From Octopus bimaculoides (Eukaryota): DNA of 41,665 nt. Below the pieces are notes generated by a model. The model was given only the letters and a program-made list of their open reading frames with translations, made no database searches and was not told the DNA's origin. This document shows, one piece after another, positions 35,934 to 41,665 of this stretch (its first letter is position 1; each line of letters starts with the position of its first letter). The stretch covers positions 107,573,962 to 107,615,626 of the forward strand of contig NC_068981.1 of assembly GCF_001194135.2 (NCBI RefSeq). Reading direction: 5' to 3'. The position numbers were made by a program, and so were the translations under genes.

Positions 35934-37019
35934 TTAAAAAAAATGCCTCAACAACTAAGGAAAAATATTTGTTCAAAATAGATATCTTAAAAAAACATTA
36001 TATTGAATTAAATAAATTTTTTAAAAAAGAATACAATTTAAGGAATGAGGTCAAGAGTTAGATTTTGTTGAATATTTCCTATTTACCATTTTGTGATCAT
36101 ATTTCTAATGTCCATATGTTTCAACTAATTTTTGAAATAGTCATACATTTGAAAGGGTTTTTGGAACATAAAATTTTTTTTTACATAAATTTGACACCAA
36201 AAGAGTTAAATAAGAATTTAATATATATCATATTATAAAATCATAAATATATCTATCATATATTTTAAAATCAATAGTGAATCTGTTTGTTAGGCTTAAA
36301 GCAAGTTAAGAAGTAACAACGTTGAGAGAAGGAGAAAGGCAGCTAACAAAAGTGAACAAGTAAAGATGACCTGCTGCTTTTGTGTTACAAAAATAAAGAA
36401 GATGGGAGGAAAAGATATGTTGTCTGACAGTTTATGAGAGAAAAATAGGATAAAAGCTGTATTAAAGGAGGAAAGGGAAGAAACATTATTGTGGAAGTTT
36501 TGTAATACTTTTAGCTTGCATCTCCATATTAAGTAGTCTTAGATGTTCCTTTGAAATTAATGAAATAACTGTGAAACATGATGGCAGAAGAGATAGCGAC
36601 AGTCACTTATAACTTGCAGTGATGTCAGTTGGTATATTATGTTTGTTATATATGCATAAGATATTAATAAATATACTCGGGAAAAATTGTATTTTTGTTC
36701 CTTTTAATTACTCAGAGGCAGGATGGTGTTCATTGCCTTACCAGTATTTCTCTGACAGGTAGGATTAATAAGGTTGATATCCAGTTTAATCTTATATTGT
36801 TTTGTCTTTGGAGATACCTGTTATTTAGTGGGAGATCTGAGGTGAAGACGTGCAAAATAGTGGGGATGACAAGAAGAGGAGAAATATGTGAGTCTGAGCG
36901 GAGGCTTGTATACAACTTCCACTCAATAGTTCAGAGAAGTAGAGGTTGTTATGGAAGAGGTTATAAGATAGACTTTACTAATCACATACAAGAAACATCT
37001 GTCAGTGATATCTAAGTTG

Positions 37020-37545
37020 GTTTAATAGTCAGGATTTACTGAGATCTCTAAGCTCAGCTCCCTAGACTTACTGATCAAACTGTATTAACAATTCTAGTTC
37101 AGTTGGCTTAGACCTCTTGACCAGCTGACACACCCTTTATTCAGCTCCCAAGACCTACTGATCACATCACATTAATATCATTTGTTCAGTACTCCAGACT
37201 TACTGACTGGGTTATACTCCTAGACTTACTGAGCAATTTACATAAACAATTCTAGCTTAGTTTCCCAGATCTATTGACATTGGCATCACTTATTCAGCTC
37301 TCAAGACATACAGTATCCAGGTCTTCAGATCTAGCAACCAGGTTATATTGAGATCTCTACTTCAACTCTCCATACTTTTTGAGTTAAGCTGTATTAGTAA
37401 CTGTGACTCAGTTTCTCAGATCTACTGCCATTATTTGTTCAGTTATACAGACTTATTGACTACACTGACATTACTATTTGAGTTCTCCCAACATACTATC
37501 ATTTATTTAGTTCTCCAGACCTAACAACCAGGCTATTTATATAAT
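37020..37545 (+). repeat. Cryptic degenerate minisatellite
   Basis: Core TCAGYTCYCAGAYYTAC/TTGA recurs more than 10 times at irregular spacing of about 25-45 bp. Confidence 0.65.
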
Positions 37546-37589
37546 AAAGGATTTGAAGAGTGTAAATTGAAAATTAGTTTGTTTATCTC

Positions 37590-37900
37590 TATGGTACACA
37601 GGAATGTTAAGAATGGCTTTGAATGTTACATGGAGAGCTCATTTAACCAATGAGTAGCTTTATCTCAAAATCTATTCAAATTGACTGAGAAGATTCAGCA
37701 AAGAATGAGAATTGCTGATTGCTGCATCAGTTATCCAGAAGAACATGTGTATCAACTGGTCTTATGGCAGTCAGTTGGAGGGAACAGGGGAAGAAAATGT
37801 CTAACCTATGTGGACAACTTGCTTCAGGACAGTGGAGTGGCAAATGTTGATGAATTAAGAACATGGAGTGGGGACTGTGATGGATGATGTGCTCGCGTGA
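37590..37900 (+). mobile_element. RTE-X-like LINE 3' coding remnant
   Basis: YTGMLRMALNVTWRAHLTNE*LY...QRMRIADCC..PEE..QLVLWQ..GNRGRK.LTYVDNLLQD. Confidence 0.7.
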
Positions 37901-39193
37901 AATCATTGAAGCATCTAGGAGGATAGCCAGACTTACTAACATTTGAAGAGTGATCATCAATAGATCACTCTTCAAATCCCCTGACTAACTATGCCATTAT
38001 CATTCAGTCAGCTCTGCAAACTTACTAACCCTGTGTTATTAGCTCTTAAATAGGTTGCCTTCATTACAAAAGGCCACCTCAGCAGCAGAGAAATGAAGTG
38101 AGGTTGAAAATAAAGAGACTAAAGCATCAACTAGACGTTAGAGAAATGTTTGCTGAAAAAGCAGATCTGCTGATTCAAAACTATGATGTATAAATATATA
38201 CTAGGTGAAAAAGTCCTGAATTGATAGAGGAAGGTATTTAACAATGGAGACAGACCAGGAAGACTTGATTAGAAATGAAATCAGGCCTAAGAATACAAAG
38301 TTTCACAGATGATTGTAGTTTAAAGCTTGACTAAGCACACCTATGATCAAAGATGTTCCCCCCCATGCCCACCCTGATCTCCTTGGCACTGTGTATTCAG
38401 GATTACATATATTCAAATTATACCCAATATGCTTTTTAAGAGAGTTGGTTATAATTGGAAAGAGATGTGGCTGCTATTTACAGCAGTTAAGGTAACCACA
38501 TGCTTGATTACAAATTTGTTCAATGGAGAAATGAGCAATAAAACAATGATTTTTTTAAAAACCCATTTTCCTGTGATATAATGAACTGATTAGCACAGGC
38601 ATTTAACACTTTAAGGTTGAGTGTGGCTTAATGATACAACATGCTTTCTTCTGCAGAAAGATGGGTGTAGCTTATTGACACACTGCTAAATTGTGAAGAA
38701 GATGGGTGTATATAAGCCACATTTGCTTTATAAGTTATTTGATTATCACTTAGTATTTTTTTCCCTTTTATTTTGCATTCCACATGAAAAGACTGGTTGT
38801 TTACATCAAACCTTAAAGGATTAAGATGAGAGCAAGTGCCTAGATTCTATGGGTTCTTAATGTTAAATATGGATATATATTGTTTTCCAGACGTACAGTT
38901 ATTTACCCAACATAAAGGCAATGAACAGTTCGTTGGCATTTCCTGATTCATAATCTATATTCTGGCATTGCAAAAAATCTGAATTTTGATTCCTGCAAAA
39001 GCAAGCATGTGCACCGACCTGTGCATGCATTAATAACAAAAGATCAGGAAAAAGTCAACTTACTGTAAAGAATGTGGCATGTATGAGCTAAATAGGTCTT
39101 TAGATATATAAGAGTTAGCAATAACGATAATTGTTGACTTAACGAGTGCTAGTAATAATTATTTGTAACTTTGGCATAGCAATTTTAAGAAGG

Positions 39194-40640
39194 ATCATTA
39201 TCATCATCATTAATGTCCGTTGTCCATGCTGGTATGGGTTGGACGGTTTGACTGAGCTGGCCCGCTGGAAGGCTGCCCCAAACTCCAGTCTGATTTGGCA
39301 TGGTTTTCTATGGCTGGATACACTTCCTAACACCAACCACTCTGAGAGTGTAATGAGTGCTTTTACATGACACCAGTATGGGTGCCATTTGTGTGACACC
39401 AGTATCTGCCATGACTATGATTTTGCTTGGCTTGATGGGTCTTCTCCTTAAGCATGACATAATGCTAAAAGTCTTGATCATTGCCTCTGTGAGACCCAAC
39501 ACTCAAAAGGAACTCAACTACTTACCTCCATGAAGCCTAATGCTCGAAAGAAACTTAGCCACTTTGCCTCTGTGAGGTCCAATGCTTGAAAGATGTTCTT
39601 TACATGCCACCAGCACAGGTGATTTCTCTTGACTTGACGGGTCTTCTCAAGCACAGCACATTGCCAAATGTCTTGGTCACTAGTCATTACCTCTGTGAGG
39701 CTCAAAGTTTGAAGATCGTGCTTCACCACCTTGTCCCATGTCTTCCTGGGCCTACCTCTACCACAGGTTCCCTCCACAGTGAGAAATCGGCACTTCTTTA
39801 CACAGCTGTCCTTGTCCATACGCAACACATGACCATACCAGCACAGTCATCTCTCTTGCACACCACATCTGATGCCTCTTATGTCTAACATTTCTCTCAA
39901 GATGTTTACACTCTGTTGAACATGCACGCTGACATTGCACATCCAGTGAAGCATACTGGCTTCATTTCTTTCAAGCCTATGCATGTCCTCAGCTGTCACA
40001 GTCCATGTTTCACTGCCATGCAGCATAGCTGTTCGCACACAGGCATCAAACAATTTTTCTTTCACTCTGAGAGAGAGGCCCTTTGTTGCTAGCAGGTGTA
40101 AGAACTCTGAACTTTGCCCAATCTAATCTTATTCTCACAGCTATGCTCTTGGAGCATCCACCTCCACTATTAACTTGGTCACCTAGATAACAAAAGCTAT
40201 CTACCACCTGTAGCTTGTCCCCCCACCTCTGGCAGTTAATGGAGTCTATTTTCTGCACATTTTTAGCGTTTATTGTACTTGTGCATCATCTTCCACATAC
40301 AAAGCTAGTTCCACTATTAACCTTCCTGATATTGCTGCACCTTTTATGTGGGTGCTTCTTATGGAGTTTCTACCTACACCTTTTCTACAGATTGAGAAGG
40401 GACTTGTGATTTGTCTGCTTTCCTACTTACTGAGATTTTGGTTTTTGCTAGGTTAACTCTTAAGACCCTTAGATTCTGGACTTTGCTTCCATACCTGGAA
40501 CTTCTTCTGTAGTTCAGGTAATGATTGAGCTATAAGAGCCAGATCATCAGCATAGAGGAGTAGAGGAGCTCCCAGGGGCATCCTGTCTTGAATTCCTGTT
40601 ATTGCCTTAAGGGGGCTGAACCTCTACTTGAACCCTGTTG
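39194..40640 (-). mobile_element. RTE-clade LINE, 5'-truncated (RT motif to 3' tail)
   Basis: LLYADDLALI (YADD codons 40554-40543), GLRVNLAKTK, VDSFCYLGD, AMLHGSETW, GRGRPRKTW, then the 3' UTR and a (GAT)n tail at 39211-39194. Confidence 0.92.
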
Positions 40641-40824
40641 ATTTAATTAGTCCCAGTACTTGATTGGCATTTGTTTTAATGACTCCAGAAGGGTGAAATA
40701 GTATTTAACATCAGAATATGAAGAATGAAAGAATATAATTGAATATTACAAGGTATTTAGTCAAGCAATTACTATGTCTACTTCTCTACAATTCTAATAA
40801 TACAAAGGAACACAACTAACTATT

Positions 40825-40985
40825 CATCATCATCATCATCATCTTCATCTTGGCGTCCATGTTTCTATGCTTGCATAGGTCAGACGGAATTAATTGAGGC
40901 AGATTTTCTATGGTCAGACATGTTTTTTTCAGAAGACTGGAAATGAATAACATTGCTAGTATGACATTGACACTAATTTACAATC
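40825..40985 (-). mobile_element. Degenerate RTE-type 3' tail with (CAT)n
   Basis: (CAT)n, then GCGTCCATGTTTCTATGCTTGCATAGGTCAGACGG. Confidence 0.55.
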
Positions 40986-41039
40986 ATCATAGAATGTCAA
41001 AACAACAACAACAAAGATGCACACACATATATTTGTTAT

Positions 41040-41340
41040 TTGTTTCAGTCATTAGACTGTGGCCATACTGGGGCACTGCCTTCAAGAATATTCCGTCAAA
41101 TGATTTGACCCCAGTAATTATTTTATTTTTTTTAAGCTTGATACTTATTCTGTTGATTTTTGTTGCCAAACTGCTAAGTTGTCAAACAGTAGTAGGAAAC
41201 AAACACAGATACACACAAATATATATATATATATACATACACACACACATATACGCATATACATATATATATATATTCACATATATACATACATATATAT
41301 ATGTATATATATATACATGTAATATATATATCTACATACA

Positions 41341-41389
<49 letters not shown>

Positions 41390-41410
41390 CATGTAATATA
41401 TATATCTACA
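41040..41410 (-). mobile_element. SINE family A tail plus long compound (TA)/(TACA) microsatellite
   Basis: TTTCAGTCATTAGACTGTGGCCATACTGGGGCACTGCC...GACCCCAG...CTGCTAAGTT, as at 1552-1745. Confidence 0.75.
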
Positions 41411-41665
41411 TACATTTTAAGTGGCAAATATACTTCACTTTATCGTGCAGTTACTGTTAATACCTCGTCCAGAGCTTTAACATTGCTTGTTTTCACTTTT
41501 TCGATATCAGTGAATAATTTCACTGGAAAAAGTTATATATATTTGCCAAGGGATGTCTTTTGCATCGAAGGTCGGCGATTGTCGTATGCTGAAGAAGGGA
41601 AATAACCCTGGAAATCGAGTACGTACGTATCGTAGATCAAGATGGGAAAGATAACTTCCCTTGGC

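Noticed and set aside
37020-37545. CRISPR-like repeat-spacer array
   Set aside because: The repeats are highly degenerate, spacing is irregular, the context is eukaryotic, and there are no cas genes.
39062-39090. Possible 24-bp minus-strand micro-exon (TTTAG…GTAAGT)
   Set aside because: Splice-like motifs alone are expected by chance in 41 kb, and there are no partner exons or other support.
40910-41605. 231-aa ORF, the longest in the track
   Set aside because: It runs through an RTE tail, a SINE tail and a (TA)/(TACA) microsatellite (YIYIY runs); the openness is a low-complexity artefact.
1-41665. Overall strand bias of retroelements suggesting an intronic location
   Set aside because: The minus-strand excess is modest and local, and too few independent insertions are present to support a claim.

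Overview
AT-rich, repeat-saturated eukaryotic scaffold with three N-gaps. The repeat families look like those of an octopus/cephalopod genome; this is inferred from recognising the families, not from a search. I found no convincing host protein-coding gene, CRISPR array or functional rRNA/tRNA gene. Nearly all recognisable coding sequence is decayed transposon: an internally deleted Helitron with both termini (1958-4784) and the 5' part of a relative (21787 downward); a hAT transposase remnant; a Tc1/mariner (maT-like) element split by a Penelope-like retroelement with a 10-bp TSD; a deleted Gypsy-like LTR element; a Chapaev3-like element with TIRs, TTA TSD and a 268-bp internal duplication; several RTE/RTE-X LINE 3' ends; tRNA-derived SINEs; piggyBac-type MITEs; and microsatellites. 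The most unusual feature is in the Penelope terminal repeat, where a tRNA-derived A/B-box head lies about 180 nt upstream of a minimal type-I hammerhead ribozyme motif with no Pol III terminator between them.
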